A stretch of 63,195 bases of DNA, counting the filler, from Basidioascus undulatus (Eukaryota), in the NCBI GenBank assembly GCA_000826855.1. It is 14 parts of 14 records of this genome, joined end to end, with 100 filler letters (N's around TTAATTAATTAA, not from the genome) between each part and the next. Parts side by side here need not be neighbours in the genome. Positions count along the whole stretch, not along the records: positions 3,053 to 26,815 come from JTLS01000258.1; 13 more parts are not named here. One strand, 5' to 3'. Made by a program: the position numbers and the translations under genes. Positions 11,972-23,961 of the stretch are shown one piece after another (position 1 is the first letter of the stretch; the number at the start of each line of letters is the position of its first letter). Below the pieces are notes generated by a model, which saw nothing but the letters and a program-made list of their open reading frames with translations, did no database searches and was not told the DNA's origin.

Positions 11972-14169
11972 ATGCACCGCCTGCTCGCTGGCGGGCTGCT
12001 CGCCCTCGCGGCGTACACTAACGCTCAAAATACGAAATTCATGTCCGAGGAGACGTTCTCGGAGTCGCTTACTATCCGACCGCTGGCCGATGGCAAGGTC
12101 GATGCCGCTTTCGAGTTCACTACACTCGTCCCTCACCTCTGTGCGCCATCTTTCGGAGCAGGGCGGTGTGCTTGGGCTAGTGAAGCTGACGCGGTGTTTC
12201 ATACACAGCTTCGCATCCGAAACTCCTTCCTTTGCCGCTCGTGCACCTTCTGCAGTCGGAGGAGATCGGCCTCGAGGAGCTGCACTTGAGCTTGGCGGCT
12301 GGGAGGTGGGACACGACCAGATGGGGCTACCCAATCATGGAGGGCGCGGGTGGGAGCGGCGCGGAGGTTTGGGCTTGGATGGCTAGCAATGAGTGAGTCC
12401 GTCTTCCCTTAGATCAGAGTTGTGAGGAAAGGGGCAGCGCTGGGGCAGGGAGCGGGCCGGAGCTGCTACTGCTCTTTCGAGCTACATCCCCATCCGTAGT
12501 CTCTCCGATTATATTGAAAGTATCCTGCACCCCGAATCACAGTACCGACACCGCCTGGACGAAGCTCACCAACTCCCTCGCCGGCCAATTCTGCGCCTCC
12601 CTCTCCGACCTCTCGCCGACCCTCACCATCTCCCCTCGATCCGTCTTCCGCCCGCACGGGCTCATCTACCCCCACTCGTCACCACTCCACGCGCAGCTTG
12701 TCTCCCAGCGCCCCTGCACCGAGAACATCACGCCGTTCATCGCGCTCCTGCCCTGCCGCTCGCGCGCCGGCCTGGCCAGGCTCCTCAACCCGCATCGCCT
12801 CTTTGATGGCGATTGGCATGGGATCCGGGTGGACGTAAGGCGGACGGAGGAGGGCGTGGAGGTTAAGCTGGCGGTGGAGGTCGTGCTTGATCCTGTTCGG
12901 GTGGGAGGAACGGGTAAACGAGGTGCGTTCCGCATGCTGCCTGAGTTGCGATGACCGCTGATCAGGAGGTCCTGGTGCAGACTACTCGCTCAACCGCCTC
13001 TTCGACCGGCCGATCGACCTCACGTGCCCGGTCGTATCGTCCTCCCAAGTTCACCTGGTCCTGCCCGAGGTTGACCCGACTAAGCCTGTCTCCTGGACGG
13101 TTCACCCTGCCGAGCGCCGGAACGCGACGGCCGAAGGTCGATGGGGTTCGGAGATCGCGTTCGACGTAGCGGACGGTACGTGACCTGCCGGGCTGTTGTT
13201 CAACAACTTCAGCTAATTTTCTAATGATGGGCGGCTACTGCAGTCGTTGGAAACAAGCTCGATCCTTCGCTGGAATGGCCTATTGAGTTCCGGTTCACCT
13301 ATCGTGCGTTGCGCTCATCCTCTTTTCTCATAGGCTCGCTCTAAAAATTCTCTTTCCCAGCGACCTCCTACCCCTCCGCGCCGCTTACCGTCACGCGGCA
13401 CCAAACGGGCGGCGCCTCGCAAGAGTCGTTCGGCCTCGACGTGGCGCTCACCAACGCGCTGGACGTCCCGCTCGAGGTGGTGTACTTCGAGAGTCTCCCG
13501 TGGCATGTGAAGGCTTGGCTGCATTCTGGGCGGGTTGAGGTGGATGGGGAAAGGCGGGGTGCGTCTCCTTCCTTTCTGCTTTTGGTCTGGTCCAGAGCAT
13601 TTGCGCTGACAAAAGCACTCGGAAGGACAGACGACCTTCTCTTATCTCTGCACCACACACCCCCGAAAGACCGCGCAACGCCCTCGCATCTCGAAGCTCG
13701 TCTCCTCCTTCCGCCGCGGACGACCGTCCACCTCTCGCACGAGTTCGCGCGCTCCTTCATTCGCTACACCGAGCACCCGCCCGACGCACACAGAGGGTTC
13801 GACCTCCCGCCGGGGATCGTCTTCCCGCGCTCTCCCCTCTTCGGACTTCCGAACCGCATCTATACCGTCCCCGGGCTCGTCGACCTCGCCACGCCCGATT
13901 TCAGCATGCCGTATAACGTCATCATCATGACGAGCACGCTTATCGCGCTGTTCTTTGGCAGCGTTTTCAACAACATGGTGCGCAGGTGGGTGAGGGTTGA
14001 CTTGAAGATGGGGAGGAGGGGAGCGGCTGCGGCGGAGATTGCCGTGGGTCCACAGGAGCGGGGCAAAGGGAAGGAGCAGGAGCGGGATAAGGTTGTTGAG
14101 CGCCGAGAGAAGCTTGATGGGGTGCAGGTAGTGGATGGGGAAGAGGCAGTGGTGAACCAGGAACGATGA
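11972..14169 (+). CDS. GPI16: GPI transamidase subunit Gpi16/PIG-T
   Basis: Signal peptide, then FSESLTIRPLADGKV, LHLSLAAGRWD, GAEVWAW, LTNSLAGQFCASL, RPCTENITPFIALLPC, LLNPHRLFDGDWH, YTEHPPDAHRGFDLP and LATPDFSMPYNVIIMTSTLIALFFGSVFN. Multi-exon and complete. Confidence 0.96.
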
Positions 14170-14453
14170 AACGAGCGTTTCTGGACATTCTGATTGCCTG
14201 CCCTTGTGTCGCGCCCGACGGGCCAAACTCTGGCGAGTTCATTAGGAAAACTGGATGGGATTACGGTCGTTTCAGACGGTCTTGAAGAACGGTAAGCGCC
14301 TTGTGCATGTGCCTGCGGTTGCTTTCCTTGTTTACCGCCCGAAGAGCTAACGAGCTGACCCTGATGTGTGCCACCCCACCTAACCTCACCTTCCCCACCC
14401 ATTTTCTCATTCATTTACTCATTGAGCTTCTTTTCGACCGGAGATCTCGCTCT

Positions 14454-15200
14454 ATGTCAAATACCTGGGAGCCGCAGACTGCGGCCCAGCGTCTGCCTTT
14501 AGGAGACGTCGACCCGTTCAGTCGGCTGTCGAATGAGAGATCGTGCAGCTCCTCATCAGCCTCGTGCCGAGCGACTCTTATTCCTAGGATCGTCATCAAA
14601 GTTAATCGACGCTTCGCAGCTTTGACGGTGAAACTGCCACTCGATCAAGGTGCACTTCAGGACTTCACGAGTACTGCTGGAAACGTTCACGGTGAGAGCA
14701 GGCTCTGCCTTTTTTTGTGGCCCGATGACAGATTTACCAATGTTTCAACGCCCACGATAGATCTTTCGACCCTTCGAATATTTCGCATTACATCACGCAC
14801 CTGAACGTCCGTATTTTTCGGCCGTTGCTGCCGGCAACGACCAGGCGATGCGCACGGTCACGCAGCACCTCAAGGATGTGACGTCCATCCTTCTCATTTG
14901 CCGCAATCTCCGCTCCGTTAATTCCGTGTTTTCAGGCGGTATCCTCTCGTCTCAGCTCGTCAACGTAGCGATTGTCGAGCTCTTTGTCGAACTGAGCACA
15001 CAGCCGCTCATCCGTCGCCTCTCCGTGAAGGACGGCACACTCAACCGCGAGATTGAGGAGAATGAAACAATCATTTCTGTAGGGCCTACACGTATGCATG
15101 AAGCGCAGTCCGTACTCTAACCGATCCTCGGAAAGTGAACGTCCGCTCGTCATGGTCGTCAGTTGGCTCCGCATCCGAACGCACACTTTGCCTGTTGAGG
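14454..15200 (+). pseudogene. F-box(-LRR) protein pseudogene
   Basis: MSNTWE...DPFSRLSNE, then a shifted-frame IVQLLISLVP, then IVIKVNRRFAAL (F-box pattern). Downstream are LRR-like ILLICRNLRSV and STQPLIRRLSV. Frameshifts and stops present. Confidence 0.55.
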
Positions 15201-17558
15201 AACCCTTGATTTTATACGTTCATCGTGTTACACGTCTCTCTCATCCAACCCTTATTTTTTGACTTGTATCCATCAGTTGAAGTCATGCGCCACGCGATGC
15301 GAGAGCTAACGTTCATTCCAGGAAACGAGCCGGATGCGCCGACCTCGTCGACTCAGCATTTGCCGCATCTCCGGCGGTCTTCCTGATACAACCCAATGAG
15401 CCCTCGGGTATCAAGCGGCACTTTCAAGGAAGGACGGTATACGGAGCTTCAAGGGAGAAGGCCCTGGCCACGATCGACTGGCGAGCTGAAACCATTGAGA
15501 AGGGAGGTGTATCCGGATATCTCGAAACTGTGGGTAAAACAAGGGGACAACAAGAGTGGGAATGTTTTTTCTACCTTACATTGCAGTAGGAAATTAACGT
15601 GATGGAATGGCACAGCGAGGACGCTCTCTATCGGTGGCTCGCTGACGGTCAGCAGTGCCGCGTATGGCGGTACAGACATGGATCGATCTGGCCTATTATC
15701 ATTGAAGGGAGCCTCAGTATGCAACAATCAATGCATGAAGCATTTGACCTTACAATGCTTTTGTTCCACTGTGCACGGGTGCAAGGCCTGCCACCCCGCA
15801 CGACCCTATTCGCCGTGTGCCGTACTTACGGTGAAAAATATGAAGCTCTTCTGCGGAATAAAAACCTAAATAAGGCGGCATTGCCCAACCTGTACCCCGC
15901 AGCACATTTACTTTCAGTTCGGGACTTGCTCAAGAACGAGAATGCGACATGGCTCTTGCTGCTCCTGCACGAAGGCTATGGGCAGTGGGCGGACGTGGTA
16001 AGTCTTTTGGGTTCCATTGGACAAAGAAGCCCTGGCCGCGGAGCTGCCCATAGGCCCGCTCTTTACATGGAGTGCAACTGAACCAGCGGTAGATTTTCTT
16101 TGCAAGGACAGATGGAGATGTGTAGTGATCCTGGTGAATTCACGAAGGCGCACTATCCCCCCTCGGAAGACAAGAGAACAGAATCACGCTCTGACATATG
16201 CCCCACGCAGCGTGGCAGGCAGCAAGGTGCCCGTTCCTTGTGAGCATGAACAAATTCAGTTGATACAGCTCTACTTTCATGCATTAATTTGATGATGGAA
16301 AATAGTTAGGACAAGTTCAGACTGAAGTCTGTAGAGACTGGGACGTGATTCATCGGCAGTGGTGAGCTCCCAATTGTTCCTCTTTGTCCCCGGGACTGCG
16401 CAAAAGTGTGGATTCTTGAGACTTCTATGCGAGCCAATATTAAGTATTGTATCCGTGCAGGGTGCTTTCTTGATGGCGCCTCAGCCACAACCATCCATTG
16501 ACCATCCCATTGCCACTAAACCATCTATGCTGCTCCGCGTCTTCTCGCCGCAGCCGCTCTCCTCGTCAAATGCGGTCCAATATCATCCACCAACGCCGCT
16601 GCGAACGCGGCCTTGTACCGCTCCTCGAAGTCCGACAACAATTCCGGCGGGGTCTCCATCTCCGGGTCCGCCAGCTGCGACCCCCACACAGTCTCATCAG
16701 CGCACCCCTTACAACCAGACTCAAGCGCGAGAAAGGAAAGACGCACGGCAGCCAGCACCTGCCACACCATATCTTTCGCCGACTCATCCACGATGCTCAT
16801 CAGCACCACCGCACCATTCACCTCGTCCTGCGTCTGCGGCTGCCACGCGGGCATCGGCAGCGGGCGGTCTCGGTTTGAGGCGTCGAGAATGTGCTCTATG
16901 GCGGACTCGTTCGCAGCGGGGATGCACGTGTTCTCGCCTGCATCGACAAAAGCATGGGCGACCCACTACTGTAGCGACGGAGCGTGAGGAAGCGTGAGGA
17001 CGGCTAAGGGTGGGAGCGGGGGGCACGGACGCTGGGTGCCCCGGGCGCAAGGCCGGGGTAGGCGTTCGAACTGTCCCCAGAGGCAGTGGGCGCTTTGGCG
17101 GGAGGCATTTCGAATAAGCTGAGGTCAAGATTAGAGCAGATGTGAGTACGTGAAGAGGAAGACGCAGCTCGCTGCTCGAATATTGCCTCCGGCTTGCCGG
17201 GTGCGAGAGTTGCTTTGTCACTTTCCTGCAGTCCATCGTAGCTTACCTCGGGCGACTTTGGGGCTGGGCGCACAAGAGGGGCAGGCGAAAGGAGCATGGT
17301 TGATAATAGATTTTTCATGACATGAATCCGCTTCATATGCAGCCGGGTTGGTCCACCTCCCACTCAATCTCCTAACGGCAGGAGCTTACGACCGTCGAGA
17401 AGCACGACAATCCCCCTTTCGGCATACACAGCCGCAAGTGACTTCAACTCCTTATAAGGCACCGGTTCGGTGTTGTAGACGGTCAGGTAGACTCGCTTCA
17501 AAGGATGAGACGTCCTCTTGGAGAAGGCGTGCAGAAACCTGAGTGTTGCGAGTCGCCT

Positions 17559-18508
17559 TCAACCCCAAAGCGGACCGTGAGCTCGGTCAGCGACGAGGGG
17601 AACGACTTTGCTAGAGCTCAATGGGCATAGTGTCCCATACATATAAACAAATAGTTTGGGTGTTGGGAGTAGGGACACCATTTCAGGCATGAATCGTTCG
17701 ACGGGGTTGAAATCACCGATGCGGCGAAACTGAGGACCATAACGCGTGAAGAACTGGCAAAGAGCGCTGAATGAGCACTCCATGGGTTCGAAATCGATTT
17801 CATTCAAAGACGGGAAATGAGAACGCGCAAGGAAGAGAGCAATCTCGTGATAGTCGGTGTGCTCCTGGCCGCGGAATTCAAGCTTGTACAAATTGGGCAA
17901 GCTGAAAGGGGTGATGCCTGCGAAGCTGAAGGAAGGCTCATGGCGTACATCGATTTCAAGATCCAGGTGGCGAAGCTTGACGAAGCTGCGCAAGGCATTG
18001 AAACTCTCCTCGACCGATTTCCGGAACCAATTGACATATATATGAGGGTCGAGCCGTTGTTCGAACCGAGAGCATTGAGCGTCAGAGGGCCGGCGTACGC
18101 GTGAAGACCAGCCGACTCAAGAAAAAGCCACGGGAGAGATAGAGCCCCGAGCACCTGCGGAAGGACGGTGCGATCGAGATCCTGGATCTTGGCTTCCGAC
18201 GGAGAAGTCACTTCCAGCTCTCGAGTGTGTCGAAAGGGTCGATGCCCGGCAAGATCGAGGAAAACGAGCAGGCGAGCGAAGATGCGAAGCCCCTCATCGC
18301 TCCCCGAGATGGACGAGGCGATAACGATAGGGTTTTGACAGGCACGGGAGGCAATAAAGAAGGCTTTTAGATTTGAATTTGTCAAGCAACGGGTACCGTG
18401 ACTTCCAGACTTACGTTCCAAGATCGACATATAAGCGCGAGGGCAACACCATCGCCGGGCGACGCCGCGATTGGCCGTGTGGCCGATTACCAGATAATAC
18501 GAGACCAT
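17559..18508 (-). pseudogene. RNI-like LRR (F-box-associated) protein pseudogene
   Basis: Overlapping ORFs 17804-18508 and 17559-17993 join by a frameshift near 17990: RHTRELEV...|FVKLRHLDLEID...FSLPNLYKLEFRG...SHFPSLNEIDF. These are LxxLxL repeats typical of basidiomycete F-box/LRR families. Confidence 0.6.
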
Positions 18509-19908
18509 CTTTCAGGGGGGAACGAGGTGTCCCAACCGATTCGGGTCCACGCCATAATTTGGGAAGTGTTAGACCTTCACGACCAGACTGTCCACGAATT
18601 AGCTTTCCCCTCATTGAAAGCAGAAGTATCTTCATATAGGGAGATATCCTATTCGCTAGACGGTTCATAGGTAAGGCACACAGCGGACATATGTCGTAAA
18701 AGCCAATGTGGGGGGCGAGCTCGCGGTGAGAACTGACCTGGTTCGAATGCTTGATCAAGCCCAGCCTTGAGTCTTCCTTTTTTCCTGACGTAGTTTCAAA
18801 AATATCTCCGGGAACGCCCTTGGTCTTGAACTTCATTTAGGATATGGGGAAACATTAACGCTGCCATGCTGATCCGACACGACCGCGAATCTGCACTTCA
18901 GTTCCCGTGGTTTCCCGTTACATACATAGTCGCCATAGAGAATATCATGTCCACCTAGAAACATTAAATGGTATACATATAATCTCAGAACGAAAACAGG
19001 ATAGCGCAGAAGCGGTAGCAGCCATGTTCGTCAAAGCAGACACGCCGCCTCAGGTGGTAACGTTGCAGGTGCGGGTGTGGCAGAGCCATCTAAGCGGCAT
19101 AGCACCCCCAAGAATACATAACAGTGGTACTTGTAGCTTACGGGTTGCACTTGAAGCCAAACGTGCCGGGCCCATTGCCGGTGTCGCATGCCGGAGTGTC
19201 GACGGCATATAGCAGAGACGTAGAGTCAGATGCGCACGCCTGTTTTTGAGGAGGAATATGCGGCTACCGATGGTTTCGACAAGGGCGAGGACAGCAAGAC
19301 AAAAGGGACATTCGGGCAGTCGGCAAGGGGGGATGCAGAGTTTGTGTTTGCTCAGCGCAGTGCTGGATAATTTGATCCTGTTGCTGAGATGCGGATACAT
19401 TGACTGATGTTTGGCATGGGGCGGAGTAACAGAGGCCTATGGGATGGACAGAGGGAGGCGTTGGGAGGAGGGCGGCGGCGGTGGACCCCCGGACCACACT
19501 CCGCACCTTTCCAAAATGGCAATCAGAGACCGTCTGGGGATCAGAGCTCTGAAAGCCAGAACAGACATTCTGCAGAGACTGGACGATGGTCACTGCAGTC
19601 GAAATCAACATAGCTCCCTCCACGCAGGATACGGGAGCCTCCGTCCTTTCATCCTACAAGGTGAACAACTGTGAAAGGCTAGCAGCTGGCGGGCTGATTA
19701 TCCAGCACCAACATGTGTAGTTTGCTATTCGGACGTTTTGTGCACCTGGCAGCCTCTGAGTCTTTCACGGAAGCGTCATGTTGCTCGCTGAGGTCCCTCG
19801 TGTTTGTAGCAGCTGTCTGCGTTAAGGCTCAACGCTCTAGCGCGTAAGGTCCTGCCCTGGCACTTTTCTCTTCCAACACCACGCCCGCATGCAACTCGAA
19901 ATGGCTGT

Positions 19909-21116
19909 TCATGTCTTCCCCAGCTGCGCCAGCGGCACCGCCTTGTGCCCACGCATAAAGATATCTCCCTGCGGGTGTCCCTCCGCCCAACACTCGCGGC
20001 AGTACAAGTCCTCATCACAGCCCTCGCCCTGACATCGTACTGCAGCGTCGGCATTGCAAATGCCTGGATGCGGAAACCCTCACATCACTCAGTTTCTGCG
20101 TTGGGAAAACGGGTGTGGGGGAAAAAGGGCGCCGTACAGCACCACTGATCTGGATCGTGGTCGAGCGCGGTGCGCCAGCCGGGGAGGTCGAAGTTCGGCG
20201 GAGGCGGCGGGATGTTCTTGGGGCGCGAAGTGGGTGGGAGGGTGGAGGGGTTCAGAGCGGCGAGACGCGCGAGCGTGGGGTCGCTGTCGAGGTCGGGCTC
20301 GCCTCCGGGCAGGGAGGAAGAAACCTGTGGAAGCGTCGCGGGAACCGTCCGAAGCTGGCTGAAGCGCGCGAGCAGGTCCCGATCTTCGCAGGCCTCGTCG
20401 GCGTCTTCTGCTGGCTTTGGAGAGGGGTTCGTGCGCTCCTCGAGCGCGACTTTGTCCTGCGCGCGGCGGACAATTGTATCCTCCTCCTCTTCGTCCGAGG
20501 CAACGGTGGAGGGAAGGTCTGGGTTGAGGGAAGAGGAGGGCGGAGGGATGAAGCGCGATGCGAGGATTTGAAGGGAGGCGGCTTCGGAGGCGATGTTGCG
20601 GGTTGGCTGCGGGGTGGGCGGTATGCATTAGGGCCTGAAAGAGGGAGATTGCAAGGGACTCGGAGGATGTGGTGACAGACTGGAGCGGTAGGAATGGATG
20701 GTGAAGGGGATGAGAGGGCGTCGGAGAGGTATCGCGCGAGCTAGTACCCCTCGCGGTCAGTCCCAAAGCTCACGTCCGCCAGCCAGACCTGAAAGCGCAC
20801 CTCATCATCATCTTCAGCACTCAGCACTCCATCGTCCCTCGCCAAACCCTTCACCTCCCGGTCCGGCTGTGAAGCCCCAGCGGTCGCACGTTCCTCGCGC
20901 TCGCGTAGCACGCTGTCCAAGAAAGCTTGGAGCTGTAGAGCCAGTCACCTGATTAAGCAACAATTATTTCAGACCACAAATTGGAAAGGAGCACACTTCA
21001 TCTTCCCCTACATCCTCCGCACCCTCATTCTCCAACGGCGGCTTCCCCAACGCCGCCAGCCGCGAGGAGAGGTCGGACCCCGGCGCTGGCGCACTGCCCG
21101 CTGCGTCTTGAGACAT
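19909..21116 (-). CDS. ANCHR/ZFYVE19-like protein with C-terminal B-box zinc finger
   Basis: Five exons: MSQDAAGSAPAPGSDLSSRLAAL...EDE|LQAFLDSVLRE...DDE|LARYLSDAL...|PTRNIASE...DHDPDQWC|CICNADAAVRCQGEGCDEDLYCRECWAEGH...GHKAVPLAQLGKT*. WCCICNxDAxxRCxxCDxDLYCxxCxxEGH is the ZFYVE19 C-terminal motif. The ORF track does not show this gene. Confidence 0.82.
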
Positions 21117-21923
21117 CAGCCTGGAGAGCAACTGGTCGGGGACGAGGAGACCCACGGTAGGTAGGGCGTATGAGTTGGGGTGGCTCGGAGTGAGGCTAGG
21201 CGCTCTTCGAGAGTCGGCATTGGTGTTCAGGACCAAGAGCCTGGCGATGGACGATCAGGCAGCGCGAGCGCCGCGAGCGGGGGAGCCTGCGAGAGACCCG
21301 GCCCGGTAGGCGGCTTGCGTGCAGCAGGCTGAAGTGGTTTGTAACGAGTTTTGTTCACCTGTTAGCCCTTACCGTCATTATTACAAGTTTTTTATGTTCA
21401 CGAAACTTGAATTATGTCAGTTGAAGAGGTGTGGATGAGTTATTGTCTCCATGCAGTCCGAAGGATGCTGACAGCCGACTGCATTCCCCGATGTCCTGAC
21501 GCTCAATATTGAGGTGTATGAGGCCTTTGTCCTGCCTTTTTAACTTGGCTTGAGTGTACAAAAGTCTGCCCCGAGAGACGGAGAGACCCCTGCCATGACG
21601 GTGATTGTTTCACGCGCATGCAGCTAGGCAGTTGAGCGTCTGTCGTGCTGTTAACCCAGTCCGCACGAAGAGTACGGAGGGTTTGTCCGAATTATATTGC
21701 CCCCTTTCCGGAGAGGTGTTTACGTTCCAGACGCTCAAAAGGCCCCGAGGGCCCCAAGTCACTCAAGCACAGCAAAGCACAGCACTGAGAGGGGTTACAA
21801 CTTTTTGACCCACCCCACATATGTCAATGGTCTGCGGGTTCGGAGGGAACAATTAATGCAAGGGGTTCCAGGCCGGCACCCCTCCAGCCCACTCTTCGAT
21901 GTCCCACAATGTATCCTCAATGC

Positions 21924-22692
21924 TCAGCTTGACGAGCCACGGACGCAGCGCCGTGCCCTGAAGACACTAGACGTTATGACGACCACCTTGACGTTCCGCG
22001 GCCGCCGCACAGCATCCAACTTGTCCGTGAAGACTTTGATCTCGTCGTTGCTTATATCGCCCGCGATACCCAAAATGATTTTGTGCAGTGAATGCGTGTA
22101 AGAGAGAAAATACGCGACTCCGTTGATCCAGTGCCTGTTGAAGAGTTGCGCTTTCCTGACGCAGTCCAGAGCGAGCAAGTGGTGAACGGTCGCCATGTAG
22201 TCGAAGCTAATCGTCGAACACGCCAGGCGGTTGAGTCCAGTGAGCGAGGACAGCATGGGCTGCTCTTGCGGATTGTACCACCACTACAACTGGTATGGGC
22301 AAACATACTCTTCGAGACAGTGTCCTGAATCCGTGAGTTGAACACCTGGAAACATCACGGGAAGCCTTCTCGGAGCAGGCATGTTTGAAAGCATGAGGCG
22401 CAGTCGGCCCTCGAGATGGCATTGACTCGCATCGAAGCGGAGCACCTGAACCTGGGCGAACAGCCTGGGCCTCGATTCGGCCGTGGTTGCGAGGAGGTTT
22501 CCGCGGGTGGTATCTCTGAGGACGATCGAGCTGTAGAGCAGGGGTGTGGCCTCGAGGTTGAAGGACCGCGAAAGGGGACAGAGCGAAGCTAAGGTGGCGG
22601 CGTCCCGGTCGTACGAGAGCGGGTGCGAGGGAGCGCCCACCTCCGCGATGATGAGGGCGGTGAACCTCGAGGGGAAGCTCTGGAAGGGGCAT
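21924..22692 (-). pseudogene. F-box(-LRR) protein pseudogene
   Basis: MPLPELPLEV, then a frameshift (~22664) to TALIIAEV...DAATLASLCPLSRSFNLEATPLLYSSIVL...FAQVQVLRF. Further shifts occur before LSSLTGLNRLACS...SLHKIIL. Confidence 0.75.
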
Positions 22693-23211
22693 GTTCGAGG
22701 GCGTTCGTTCCGAGCTCTAGATTGAAGGATGAGTGCAGTGGAGTGCAATCTGACGATCAAGAGCAGCGGGCGTGTGGTGGTGATCGTTGCCTCTGGCTAT
22801 TTGCTTGGGCAAGACAGCGAACATGAGCATCTCTAAGGACTGCTTCCCCGAATCAGCGAGTAGAACGAGGCTACTTTTTGTCACGGAGTACCAGGGCCCG
22901 CGACGTATGAATAGGACAGCGGGGTTCACTTCCACAGGCATTATGAGTCAAAGCATAGTCAAGCAATTGTATTTCTCTGAAAGAGTGCCAAGGCGTCCTT
23001 CTCAGGAGGACTGTCAGACGGGTCTGCAGCTGCATTGTGCCATGCCTTGCCGTTTATATCGCCGTGTAGTCATTACCGAGAGCAGGTTAATTCTTAAGTA
23101 CCTCATTCTGCAAGAAAGCTAAAAACAACCCCATACAATGTGAGCATAGCCCAAACATCGCCCAAACGCCCGCATGAACCAAGCATACTCTTTGCAACGT
23201 TCACATCCCAG

Positions 23212-23961
23212 TCACTGCGTCCGTTTTGCCATGACCCATACAGTCCCACCCGTCTCATCCTTCGTCTTCCTAACCCACCCCTTCTTCAGCCTGAACCCCT
23301 TCCCGTCCACCACGCCCTGCAAGATCCTCTGCTCCCCCTTCACCTCAAACCCTTCCCTCTCGTACAACTTCCTTCCCCTATCCGTGGACGTATACAGATA
23401 CGCCGTCCTCCGGCCCTTCGCCTCCTGTACAATCTCAGCCAGCCCGTCTCGCACGAGCGTTCCGCCGATCCCCTTCCCTCCATGCCCGGGTGCGACAGCA
23501 AGCATCTGGAGGAACCAGGCGTCATGTACCGGGTCGAACGGGCACGAAGCTTTTGCGAGCGCGTCGATGGGGTCCTCGTACGCCATGACAATGCGGTGGA
23601 CCCCTGGGAACCCCCAACCTAGGAAGACCCTGCCGAAGCCGGCGCGATACAGCAAGAGCGGGGAGGAGAGCCGTTTTGAGGGCGGGAGCCACAGCGCGAT
23701 GCCGACGATCTGCTCGGGAGCTGAAGAGTCGGAAGAGACGACTGCGACTCGCACTCGTCCGCCGAGGAGTTTTACCCCCCGGATGATCGAGCGGTAGAAG
23801 TGCAGGCGGGTGGTGGGTTTGGTCGGTGAAGGGAGGAGAGGAGCGGGTGTGCGGGTGGCGTTGGCGAAGTAGTGATGGTCCCAGTTGTTGAGGAAGGCGT
23901 CGTGCAGGAGCCGCGCTAGGTAGTCGTGCTCGTCAAGGGTAGCGTCGCGTATGGTGACCAT
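23212..23961 (-). CDS. GNAT-family N-acetyltransferase (249 aa, intronless)
   Basis: MVTIRDAT..., IVGIALWLPP, WFLQMLAVAPGHGGKGIGGTLV (acetyl-CoA motif A) and YLYTSTDRGRKLYEREGF (motif B). Confidence 0.92.
   Translation of the reverse strand: MVTIRDATLDEHDYLARLLHDAFLNNWDHHYFANATRTPAPLLPSPTKPTTRLHFYRSIIRGVKLLGGRVRVAVVSSDSSAPEQIVGIALWLPPSKRLSSPLLLYRAGFGRVFLGWGFPGVHRIVMAYEDPIDALAKASCPFDPVHDAWFLQMLAVAPGHGGKGIGGTLVRDGLAEIVQEAKGRRTAYLYTSTDRGRKLYEREGFEVKGEQRILQGVVDGKGFRLKKGWVRKTKDETGGTVWVMAKRTQ

Noticed and set aside
19360..19710. TPP riboswitch-like words (CTGGATAAT, CTGAGA)
   Set aside because: The elements are out of order or incomplete, and no thiamine gene is nearby.
20115..20675. Plus-strand 186-aa ORF with a hydrophobic stretch
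   Set aside because: It is the antisense shadow of the ANCHR-like gene. Most long Arg/Pro/Ser-rich ORFs in the track are similar GC-driven shadows.
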